Assembly (NCBI GenBank): GCA_963693365.1
Contig: CAVNZM010000017.1
Span: 6,066,708-6,130,707, forward strand
DNA length: 64,000 nucleotides
Origin: Amoebidium appalachense
Lineage: Eukaryota > Protista > Ichthyosporea
Direction: 5' to 3'
Shown here one piece after another: positions 14,679-29,744 of the stretch. Made by a program: the position numbers and the translations under genes. Below the pieces are notes generated by a model that was not told the DNA's origin, made no database searches, and saw only the letters and a list, made by a program, of their open reading frames with translations. How positions within the stretch are numbered: the stretch's first letter is position 1; the number at the start of each line of letters is the position of its first letter.

Positions 14679-15457
14679 CCCCCCCCCCCCCCCCCACACA
14701 CACACACGCACACACACACACGCCAGGACGCAAACGGCATTCTCAACGACGACCAATTTGCCTACGAGCAAACCACCATCACAGCCGGGTTCATTGAGAA
14801 GTGCTACTACATGCCCAAGCTCATGCAGGGCAAGTTAACGGAGGAGCAGGTTAAGAACCTGCTACCGCCTAATGTGGTCTCTCTGGCAGATGCCATGTCT
14901 AAGGGTCTGGTTTATCAGGTGGGTCTTTAACTCCATGTGTCTATGGGTCTGGTGTACCAGGTGTGTCTTTCCCAGGTGTGTCTTTAACTCCTTGTGTCTA
15001 AGGTTCTGGTGTACCAGGTGTGTCTTTAACTCCTTGTGTCTAAGGTTCTGGTGTACCAGGTGTGTCTTTAACTTCTTGTGTCTAAGGGTCTGGTGTACCA
15101 GGTGTGTCTTTAACTCCCTGTGTCCCCGTGTGAGGCTTCCACGGTGTAGTACTTGGGGGAGGGGGGGCTCATAATCTTCAGAGGGTGTTGACCCTTGTGC
15201 CAAGTCAGTGTTCTTTGGAGGATATTATTGGTCATCCAGATGATTACTAACCAATCAAATGTCTCCCTTGCAGACGGATCTGTCGTTCATCGATGTGATT
15301 GGCCACCACAACCAAACCGCCAATCTGCTGCTGTCACCCAATTTGGGCCCAAGAACCAAATACACCATCGGCACCCTGGGCCTATTTATAGCTCACAATG
15401 AGACAGACAAGAACGACCCTAAGAAGTTTATTAGGTATGTGTCATTTCTTCCCTCCC

Positions 15458-15488
<31 letters not shown>

Positions 15489-15571
15489 AATAAATAAATA
15501 AAAAAAAATAAAAAATAGAATAAAATAATAAAATAATGAAATAAAAAATCATTCCCTCCCCTCCCCCTGCC

Positions 15572-15603
<32 letters not shown>

Positions 15604-15691
15604 AAATAAAATAAAAAATAAATAGAATAAAATAATAAAATAATAAATAAAAAATCATTCCCTCCCCTCCCCTGCCTCCTCCCTCCCCCCC

Positions 15692-15722
<31 letters not shown>

Positions 15723-16130
15723 AAAAAAAAACAGAAAAGAAAGGAAAAGAAAAGAAAAGAAAAACAAAGGGGAAACTGGAGGAAATCAGAGAGGGGAAGG
15801 GGGGAGAAAACGATACACACACACAGGCATGCGCACACCAACACATAATCCCACACATACAAACACCTCCCATGAGCCATGACATGGTGACGCGGGGGAG
15901 AAAGAGCGAGGGAGAGGGGGGAGGGGAGGGGGGAGGGGGGAGGTTGGTTTGCATGGTAGTGCCCTGTTTACGCGGGTGGATCGGTTTTTATCCCTTACGC
16001 TGTTTGATTGGTTGCATGGGCCCACTGCTAAAGGGAATAAACCCTGTCGTGACCACCCCCGTACTCACCATCTGTCTCTCGCCTCCTTCTTCTCCTCCCC
16101 TTTCCCCCCAAAAAAACATGCACCCGTGCG

Positions 16131-16173
<43 letters not shown>

Positions 16174-16452
16174 CACCACATCCCTCCCCTCCCCCCCCAC
16201 CCGACCCCACACACACACGTACACGTACTAGGTCCAAGCTCAAGCCTCTTGCCATCTGGCTGGGCTCAGGCAGTGAGCAAGTGTTCACCCCCAACGACCA
16301 TGACGTGGAGTGGGTGGTGGCCAAGCTATACTTTGCTAACGGGGCTAAGACGGTGAGCCACGTGAGGCACGTCGTCATCAATCACTTCCTGCAGGTGTGT
16401 GTGTGTGTGTGTGTGTGGGTAGGTGGGTGTGTGTGTGGGTGTGTGAGTGTGT

Positions 16453-16491
<39 letters not shown>

Positions 16492-17278
16492 GTGTAATCC
16501 CTACTGCCCACCTTCTCTCCGTGCGGCATGACATATTCCCCTCCCCCCTCCCCCTATCTCTCTTAATCACTCAGTCACTTAGGTGCATACAGTCGTACAC
16601 ACACACACACTCTCTCTCTCTCCCTTCTCCCCCCCTCCCCCCCCCCCCCCCCCCCGGCCCTGCCCGCCCCCCTCACGCCTGTGGTTCCCTCTCTCTCTCT
16701 CCTCCTCCTCTCTCACCCCCCGCGCCCCCCCCAACAAACACAGGTGAACACATGTCTTTGCATATAACACACCTTCATGCACAAACACGAAGTATTCCTC
16801 CCTTCTCCCGACTGCCCCACCCTACACAACTCCCCTGCTGTTCATATTCCATCTTTCATGTGGTGTTTCTACATCCTGCTTTTTTTTTCGGACTAGAATT
16901 TTTTGAATGTTCACACATCCAGGAATTGGGAGTAGTGGGGGGAGGGGGGGGGGGGGGGGGGGGAGTATGTGACCAACAGGCCAACACGGCACCAATAGGA
17001 ATCTAATGTTATTTTTTATCACCAATTGGAATCTAATTATATTTTCATCAAGGAATCTGATTTTATATGTCCACCAATAGGAATCTAACATTACGCTTTT
17101 CCACCAATAGGAGCCCCAGCTTATTGCGTCGTTCCGTCAGCTTCCCGACACCCACCCCGTAAACCGCCTACTTGCCTATCACGGGCACTTGGGCATTGGC
17201 ATTGCCGAGTTCATTCAGACGTCATTCATGCTGCCAACACCAAACCAGGCTTTCTCGGTCGACCAGGTATGTAAATGC

Positions 17279-17345
<67 letters not shown>

Positions 17346-18352
17346 CCCACCACCACCACCATCACCACCCCTTTTCTTCCTCTGTTTTCCCTTGCCTGTG
17401 TTTTCGTTTTTTGTGATACCCGCATACTAAAGTACTTAGCACTCCCCTCCCCCCCCCCCCCCCCTCCAATCATACCCCTCGCACGCAAACATCCCCCCTC
17501 CCCCCCTTCCCCCCCCCCCCCCCCCCCCCCGGGGGCCTTTGCGCCTTCCCATGTTGTTTGTGCATGCATACCTGCATGCTTTTGCGCAGTTCATAGCAAA
17601 AAATAACGGGGCGATACACCCAAGAGACACACTTCACCCCATACAGTGCGCGCTCAAACACACTCAAGGCTAAACACATGCACGTAGCCACACGCAATGC
17701 ATATGTCTCTCTACTCACTTAACTTCCTGGTTTTCCTACCTCCTACCTTTTTTTAGACATACATATCTCAAATACCTACATAACTTTCTAATTTCAAAAC
17801 TCAATCGCACCTAATCACGTACTTGTTCACCAACCACATACAGGTTCTCGGTGTAGGTGGTGACGGTCTAGCCCGTCTTGCATCGCGCGAGTTTGAGATC
17901 TTCAACTATGAAGACCACGATCCCGAGCAGTATTACAAACTGCGTGATGTGCATGGGCTGCCCAACCACCACTATCGTGACGATAACCTCGGCCTGTTCT
18001 ACATCATTGAGAAGTTTGTTGAAAACTATCTATCGATCTACTACCCTGATGATGCGACCGTGAAGAACGACTTTGAGGTGGGTGTTAAATTTTTTCCCTC
18101 ACCCCCCCCTGTCGGGGGGAGGAGTTCTCTGTTTCCTCTCTCTCTCTTTTTTTTTTTTGGGGGGGGGGGGGGGGGGGAAAGCATGTAGACTTATAGCAGA
18201 GGTTTGCCTCCTGCACAAATGGAGTTCTCTGTTTCCTCTCTCTTTTTTTTTTTTGGGGGGGGGGGGGGGGGGGCATGTAGACTTATAGCAGAGGTTTGCC
18301 TCCGGTTTGCCTCCTGCACAAACATAAAGTCAAACTTCTGTGTTTTGCTTAC

Positions 18353-18389
<37 letters not shown>

Positions 18390-18940
18390 CCCCCCACCAC
18401 CACCACCACCACCAGCTCCAACAATGGTCGCAGGAGGTTGCCAGCATGCAGTACGGTCGGGTCAAGGGCTTCCCGGCCCGGATCGACACCTTCAAGAAAC
18501 TGGTTCGGATCTTGGCCCGTTACTGCTGGCGGAACACGGTGCACCACTCCTCCAACTCGGGTGAAAACGCATATGAATACCTTGCACACCCAGGCGCTAT
18601 GGTCTCTTCTCTGTACATGGCACCCCCCAAGGAAAAGGGTCAGGTGTCGTGGGAGGATCTGAAGAAGGCTCTGCCCTACCCTGAGGAGTCCGTGTATAAG
18701 ATGGGTGTGCTTAGAAACCTCAAGAGGAATATGAAGCCTGACCATGGTATGCTTCGTGCTTATGAAGCCGCCGGGTTGGGTGTTCGGGCTGAGAGGTTTG
18801 TGAGGCACTATCAGCAGGAGATGAAGACTTTCTCGGTGCAAGTGAAGGAGAGAATGCGAAAGCAAAAGGATGAGGGGTGGATCCCGGGCCCACCGTACGG
18901 TTTGGATCCTGAATATATTCCTTATTGGGGTTGGTTGTAA
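8809..18940 (+). CDS. Polytopic membrane domain-lipoxygenase fusion protein (about 970 aa, 12 exons)
   Basis: Exons 8809-9234, 9708-9998, 11043-11246, 12096-12302, 12708-12791, 13538-13807, 14727-14918, 15274-15434, 16232-16394, 17111-17266, 17844-18077 and 18416-18940 are all GT-AG and phase-compatible (2913 nt). LOX motifs: [83 protein letters not shown]-terminal [12 protein letters not shown]. The LOX call is strong; linkage of exons 1-2 to the rest is inferred. Confidence 0.85.
13104..13341. repeat. 43-bp minisatellite, about 5.5 copies, inside a lipoxygenase intron
   Basis: Unit ttacccaaaatgatacgggttataagtaaaccagcaacactaa, period 43 (13107, 13150, ...), with one partial copy. Confidence 0.92.
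14895..15120 (+). repeat. 42-bp tandem repeat derived from the exon 7/intron 7 junction of the lipoxygenase gene
   Basis: Unit ccttgtgtctaaggttctggtgtaccaggtgtgtctttaact (period 42 at 15001/15043) matches the exon end tgtctaagggtctggtttatcag plus the donor gtgggtctttaactcc. Confidence 0.88.
16990..17112 (+). repeat. ~30-bp tandem repeat containing the 3' splice site of lipoxygenase exon 10
   Basis: caccaat(a/t)ggaatctaa units start at 16990, 17020 and 17072; the last partial copy (17102) supplies the acceptor AG at 17109-17110. Confidence 0.8.
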
Positions 18941-19810
18941 ATTAAATGCCATCTGCATGTGATTGTGGCCGGTTGATGTTATTGTTGGCGTGGATTCGGT
19001 GTTAATATTAATATTAGCATAGTAAATGAATATTATATTGTTCTCTGACGAGTTATTATCGGAGACATACCAGTCTTTTTCCTATGAGATCTATAAGCGG
19101 CGGGCATTTATCGAAGGGATTCTTTTGGGTTAGGGTTGATTAGGGTTAATTCTCGTCTGAACACGTGTAGGCTTTTACACAGACACACACACACACACTC
19201 TCTCTCTCTCCCACGTGTACACGGGTGTGGGACACAAGCACTTGAAATATAGTCGAGTTGTTACCTAAGATTCTTCTTTGTATTTTCACTGAAGGATAGA
19301 GTTTGAGGTTTCCTTCGAGGTGCACTTATAGCTACATAATTTCATTGCCATATAATGTTGTTCTATTCCTGTAACCAAACTTCCTGTAAACACGTACACA
19401 CACTGACGTGGATAACCGGTTCGCAGCGACTACTATAGACTTGTAAACCTCGGTCAGAGTGCATGGATAAATGTATTCGCTATCATAACTATGCTACTAA
19501 TTGGAGAAGTATTTAGAGATGGCCCATATTCGAATTACTTGGGAGGCACAGGCTGACAGGGACTTTGAGTCGAACAGGGATGTTTAACATAAGCTGGATC
19601 GGTTGACAATTGCAATATAATAAAGGAAAAGACCCTTACTGAAAAGAAAGATAAACTCAACCGTAATACGTGATAGTTAGCACTGTTTGCACTAATTTTT
19701 CACTAATGCACACACCGTCGAACACGTGCATGTAGGCGTGGAGGCATGGGCCAAACGGTTGCAACGTAAACATGCCTAAGATCACATGTGGCCGCATGTA
19801 AGATCTCCCT

Positions 19811-19860
19811 TAGCCGGATGTAAGATCTCTTTCAACCAATGGCTTGCGTTCCCGCCAAAA
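19811..19860 (+). promoter_or_regulatory. Candidate promoter module (CCAAT box + E2F-type site) of BTB gene copy A
   Basis: agccggatgtaagatctc..caaccaatg..cgttcccgccaaaa lies ~160-200 bp upstream of the ATG and is conserved in the paralogue promoter at 43194-43245. Confidence 0.55.
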
Positions 19861-20018
19861 CCCCTACTCCTCCGACTGTCGATTGAGAAAGTCACGCGCC
19901 CACACCACTACAAATACAGTAGTGGCCTGCAGCCAAATACTCAGCAAATAATAATAATACGCGGGCAACCGCGTTCTAACCACGTCTCCACAGTGCCTCC
20001 TCCTGTTAGTGGTTGAGA

Positions 20019-23729
<3,711 letters not shown>

Positions 23730-23892
23730 GTGTGATTGGGTAGGGCAACTTGTATGACTTGTTGCAGACAGTACTAGGCGGCAATTTCTGTTATTTTAAC
23801 ACTATTAATCGATATCGATATTCATCTTCCGGGGAAATTCTCAGATTCTATGCGGGATTATTTCTTTTCCTTTTTTTTTTTTTTTTTTTTGT

Positions 23893-23936
<44 letters not shown>

Positions 23937-25319
23937 ATAATTCGCGTATGCATGCTGTATGGGCTCTACGATCGATAGCCGGGTTTTTTTCCTTTTTTTT
24001 CTTTTGCCCTCCTCTCGTCCCCATGCTGTGGGCCCCGTGGAATGGGTTTTGTTGTGATTTTGTCTGTGTGTTTGTGGGGGGAAGGGGGCTGCGGTGGAGG
24101 TGTTGATGGCGAAACCAACACTCCAAAATTTTAATTTACAGTGAGGCAATCCAGCCCAACCGGGCTTATGGAGGCAAATTTGCGGACTTTTGTTGAACGT
24201 TTTTACATGGTTCGTAGATTGTACTATTTATAATTAAGACGTCGACATCTTTGTAAAATTTGCAAGGGATAGATTTTGGGTGGCTACCAGTGGCGGTGGT
24301 GATGGGGTGTGTGTGCACGTGCGCACGTGCATGCTCGTTTTTTTTTTTTTTTTTTTTTTTTTTTGGGGGGGGGGGGGTAGTGGATGTTTCAGTCCGATTT
24401 TATTGGCCCTGTCCCACATTACGTACATGGAGATACATTATCCCAGAGCCATTAATAGGAGACGGAAATGGCATGATAACTTAGCATTACTGCACTGGCA
24501 GATGAATGAACACTTCGAAGTACATCAGCTACAAGAAGAAACTGGTTTTAAATATTAAAGAGTAGGGCATCAACTATAAATGGAAAGGTGTAGAGTGTCA
24601 CGGTGTGTGTTCGGGCGCGTGCCCGTGTGTGTATGCGTGTGTGCGAGAGAGTGTGTGTGTGTGCACATGTGCATGTGCATGTGTACAAGTGTATGTGGTG
24701 TTCGTTTGTGTGTGTGTGTAGTGCGTGTGTGTGGAATGTGCGTATTTTTGCTTATTTACGTCATGCCGCAGGTGTGCACATACCGAGGTCACGTCCACTA
24801 ACACACAGGGGGCGGAACCGCCTTTGGCAGGCCCACTGAGAACGGGGAAAGCCCGTAACTATTCTTAGACCAAGGTCGGCATTAAGTAAAGCTTTGAAGT
24901 GCCACGGCTACTATATAACAGGGGAGGGTGCATGGGAGGTTGATCGTAGCCCAGCCACCTGTTTGCTCTGCAGGGGTGATACATCAGCAACAACATCAAT
25001 AATATAGAAAATCGATACTAACAACAAGGTCAATCGTGCGCCCCACTCAAACACACACGTACACACACTCACACCTGTGCCCCCCTCTCCCCCGCCTCCT
25101 GGCCCCCTCCCGCCCCCCACCCCCCGCCACACACACACACCACATACATATAAATCCCCCCCCCCCTCCCCCCCCGGCGGGGGGGTTGGGCAGGTGCATG
25201 TGTGTATGTGTGTGTGTGTGCATGTGCACCATGTTGTGTGGGTGGTTTGATTTTTATTTATTAATTCATATATTCACGTATTTTATTTGATTTTATTTAT
25301 TCTTTGATTCTCTCTCTCT

Positions 25320-25350
<31 letters not shown>

Positions 25351-25360
25351 GGGTGTGTGT

Positions 25361-25400
<40 letters not shown>

Positions 25401-25449
25401 ACCGTACCCTATGTAGCTGGACACGTGTAGTTCAGTGTGTGTGTGCACG

Positions 25450-25528
<79 letters not shown>

Positions 25529-25653
25529 TGTGTGTACGTGTGTGTGTACGTGTGTGTGTGTGTGTGGGTGCGTGTTTTTCTGTTTATGCACCCCATGTTG
25601 CATGTGATCATATTTTTTTTATTCATTTTTTTTTGATGGTGGTGACTGGGTGA

Positions 25654-25698
<45 letters not shown>

Positions 25699-25723
25699 TG
25701 GTGGGGGGAGCACCGTACCTCTA

Positions 25724-25911
25724 CTAGCTAAACATGTAGTGTTTCTTGACGGCCCTTGTCACCTTCCACGTGCAACTCATGCCCTCAGGAAACACCACAA
25801 GGGCACCTGGCCCAAACGTAACGGCTGGAAGGGTGCGGTCATCGGGGATAACAGTAACCTCACCTGGATGGAGGGGCAAAGGGGGGGGGGGGGGGGGGGG
25901 GGGAGGAGAGG

Positions 25912-25943
<32 letters not shown>

Positions 25944-26043
25944 AGGGTTTAAGGGGGGAAGGTGTGGGGGACGTGTTGGGTGTCTGTAGCGGGGAGGGGA
26001 CGGGCGGCGGGGGGGGAGGTGGGGGAGGGGGGCAGGGACGAGA

Positions 26044-26078
<35 letters not shown>

Positions 26079-26180
26079 GAGATGAGGAAGAAGGGGGAGA
26101 AAGAGGGAGCAAGGGGGAGGGAAGGGGGGTGGGGGGTGGGGGGGGGAGAAGGAAAGGAGCAAAGAGGCAGGGGGGGTGGT

Positions 26181-26211
<31 letters not shown>

Positions 26212-27592
26212 GGGGGAGACAGGTTAGACGAGTGAAACCAACCAACGGAAGACCTCGAAGGCAACAGGGTGCTGCACTGTCTGGGCAAATTAGTTACCAA
26301 CTCAATGGTCTGGTGTTTTTCATATTTTATTGGGGGGGGAGGGGGGGGGCAAGAGCAAGACACATGACACTCACACGGCACAACCCTATCTCCTTAGATA
26401 CCTTCTATCTCTTCCCTCTTGCTCATAATGCATCCCTTGACCTTGCCCCCCTTGACCTTGCCCCCCCCCCCCCCCCTCCCCCCCCCCCCCCCCTCCCCCC
26501 GCGCCCCCGCCCCCTCCCCCCTTTGCCTTTGAGGGCAACACGGTGATGTGCCACATCCTCCTGACGACAACAAACACAGGCCCCCCCTTCCCCCTCCAAA
26601 CCTCACACTCCTCCCCACACACACACGTGTCTCTCCTCCCCCTAACCCCATCCTGTCCACTAGCCAAGTTAACGTAGTCTGGTCGAGGCTGCCAACTCAA
26701 GCCGTTAAGTAAAAGTTCATACCCCCCCTCCCCCCCCCCCCCTTCTCCCGCCCCACACGCACACACAAACACCCACCCTCCTTCCCCCCCCTCCCTGCCC
26801 CCCCTCCCCCCCCCCCCCCCTCCCCTCCCCTTTCCAACCACCACCTCCACGACCACTACCAATACCACTACCCACACACAGACACACACACACGCTTTCT
26901 GCCCTTCCTTTCTCTGTATAGGTAAGCAATCGAACGGTTCTTATTCAAAGCCCCATGTCTATACGAGTACAGGGTTGGGGACCAGGTGTGTGGTCAGGGA
27001 GGGAGCAGTTGGTTGGGGTGGGTGGGGGGGAGGGTGGAGGAGGGGAGGGGAGGGGGGGGGGAGGTGGGAGGGGGAGTCAATGCACAGACTTCACAGAGAA
27101 TGAGAAGCACAGTTCGAGTGGGAGGTGTGAGGGGGTCTGAGTGGGCGGTGCTTGAGAAAAGTAGTGTGAATCGGTAAGTTAATCACGGTCTATACGTGTG
27201 GTTGTCAGTGCCTGTGTTTGCGTGTTGCTGAGGATGTGTTCTAGTGCACCAGTTCTCTTCAATGTGTTTGCGTGTGTGCATATAGATATGTCCCGTTAGG
27301 GATGTTGTCCTTCGTGTGTGTGTGTGTGTGTCTGTGTGTGTGCGTGCGTGCGTGTGTGCGCGCACGAATGTGTCTCTGTATGTGTTTGTGCGTGTGTGCG
27401 TGTGTGCGCGCACGCGTGCGTGTGTGCATGTTTGTGTGTGCATGGCATGTGATTGTGTGTGCATACGTGTGCGTGAGTGTGTGTGCATGCGTGTATGTGT
27501 GCATGCGTACACGTGCGTGTGTGTAAATATGTCTGTATGCACGTGTGTGTGGCTATGCCTGTGTGTGTATGTGAGTGTGTGTGGGGGTGGGG

Positions 27593-27627
<35 letters not shown>

Positions 27628-28058
27628 GTATGGGTGTGAATGCACGCTTGCATGTGTGTGTTGGTTGAGTTTCTTGTGTTCAAGGTATTTCAGAAGAAGG
27701 GAACGAACGCTGAAAAAAAAACCATGGCCAAATAAGAGTAGAGCACAGCGAAGGAAAGGATAACGGCGGGGGGAAGGGGGGGGCGGGGGGAGGGGGGGGG
27801 GGAGTAGCTAATTATTAAGGGGGAGCAGAGGGGGAGTGGGCCACACGGAGGGCAGAGGGGGGGAGGGGGGAGGGGAGGGGGGAGGGGGGGAGGGGGGGGG
27901 GGGAGATTTGGCCAGGCACCTTCGAGGATGAGTGCGGTTTCTGTGTCCGTGTACGTCCAGGGGAACTCGCTCACGCCACAGCCCCACGTGCTCCACTTCT
28001 TGGCCTGGGCTACTACGTCCGCACTGGGCGTGGGGTCGACAGTGATGCCTTTGGCCAT
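25724..28058 (-). CDS. Small cupin, DUF861/EutQ-like (92 aa, 2 exons)
   Basis: Exons 28058-27920 and 25863-25724 join in phase 1: [92 protein letters not shown]. The WxC...FPWxY...E...ILEG...G..V.FP.G..C.W.V....KHY pattern is typical of this family. Confidence 0.92.
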
Positions 28059-29066
28059 GGTGTGTGAAAGGGAGGCAAGAAGGGGGTGTGGGTGCTGTAA
28101 GGTTGTGCTGTAGGTAGGATTTGCACGCTGTTGTATAGAGCTAGAGTGAGCCAATAAGGTCAGTGTATGTTATCGTAGCAAAGAGCTAATGAAGGAAACA
28201 TGACACGGAGAGTCTACAGTTGGGGATCGAGGAAGGCTGTTAACGTTGACGAAATGAAACGATACTGTATATGTACTACGGGTGTTACTTATACTAATGT
28301 ACATTGTGCGGCTGTAAGACATGAATGGTAGTACACACCAGTATTAGGACACCCCTGGACCAGAGGTAAACCATTTCCCTCAGGGCCCGTACACGAACAC
28401 GAAAACGGGACCCCTTTGTGAATTAGTACTAAATGCATGTTTTGTAGTAGGTTAGGCTTACACAGTTTATTAAATGTTATAAAGTGGAGTGGGAGCACTG
28501 CACCCCGTGTGAGTGTATGAGTTACTGCGTCTTTTAGCATGAGGTGTAGCAAGAACGAAGAAAAGAACAGTGATGATAACAGTGCCTCTCACTATGTGTT
28601 GTTGGGGATGGGTGATCACGATCTCCACCCAGTTCTACTACGTACGTTTATTTGGTTGGAAGTTCTGTATCGGGAAGTAACCTTCTAAGTGTTCTTACGA
28701 TACAGGATGCATCACCCCTTGAGTCTTAGACTACAATGTGTCAAATGTCTTTCTAGGACCTGAACAGCTAGTGCTTCTCCGCCTGAAGATCGTGAGTTGT
28801 CACGCGTGTGTGACAAGCCACGGTACAATCAGCAACTGTTGTTTTATAGAAACCGTTTGTATGCATATTCCCGCTTTTTTTGTGTTTTTTTTTTATTCCT
28901 ACATTTTTTGTGTTTTATTTTTTATGAAGCCTTATACATCTTGCTATATTTATGTTCCTTACACAGACCACATGCTTAGGATGTCAAGTTTTTTGCTCTA
29001 CAGTATGGTCTACTTTACAAATGTTATAAGTGATTATGAGAACTTTAAACGAAGAAAGTTGGCTCA

Positions 29067-29265
29067 TCACAGGCTTCGACAGAGTCTTTCTAGGTGGCAG
29101 GCACAGGCCTTGGTGGTGCACACGGTTTTGCGGCAGATTTCATACTTGCCGCTGAGGGATTGAGGTGTGTCCCCTCTTTGCTGATCGCGGATCTGAGTTG
29201 GAAAGAAGGGAGTTGGGGGTGGGGGGGGGCGCGCCGGGGGGGGGGGGGGGGGGGGAGGGGAGGGG

Positions 29266-29296
<31 letters not shown>

Positions 29297-29707
29297 CTTT
29301 GGGTTAAGGGGGGTAGGGGAGGGGGGGGAGAGGGTGGTGGGGGGGGGGGGGGGGGGGGGGGGGAGGGGGGGAGATAAATCTTCTTGGTCGGGTGGTAAAG
29401 GTGGATGCTGTTTGAAGGGGTGCAAAAGTGAGAGGAGGGGTTAAGGTGGGAGGAGGGGTGTGACTGGTTGGAGTCAAGTGTGTTTGCGAACCTTTTGCCC
29501 TTGGATGGCTGAGGGGGGGGGGAGGGGAGGGGCGGGGAGGGGGGGGAGGGGGGGTTCTATTTTTTCTTCGTTATTCTTACTTTCTACGTTGCTATTACTT
29601 CACCTCGCTCTCTCATTGAGAGCTTCCATGTGCAGTTATTCTATTTCAAGTAGCCAATAATCTACTCTATTCTGCAAATCTCAGCCCCCCCCCCTCCCCC
29701 CCTCCCC

Positions 29708-29744
<37 letters not shown>

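Noticed and set aside
19125-19148. TTAGGG motifs as an interstitial telomere
   Set aside because: Only two non-adjacent copies.
28276-28356. Possible ~80-bp Tc1/mariner-type MITE (gggtgt..atact / agtatt..acaccc)
   Set aside because: The inverted repeat is short and degenerate, with no TA duplication on the right side.
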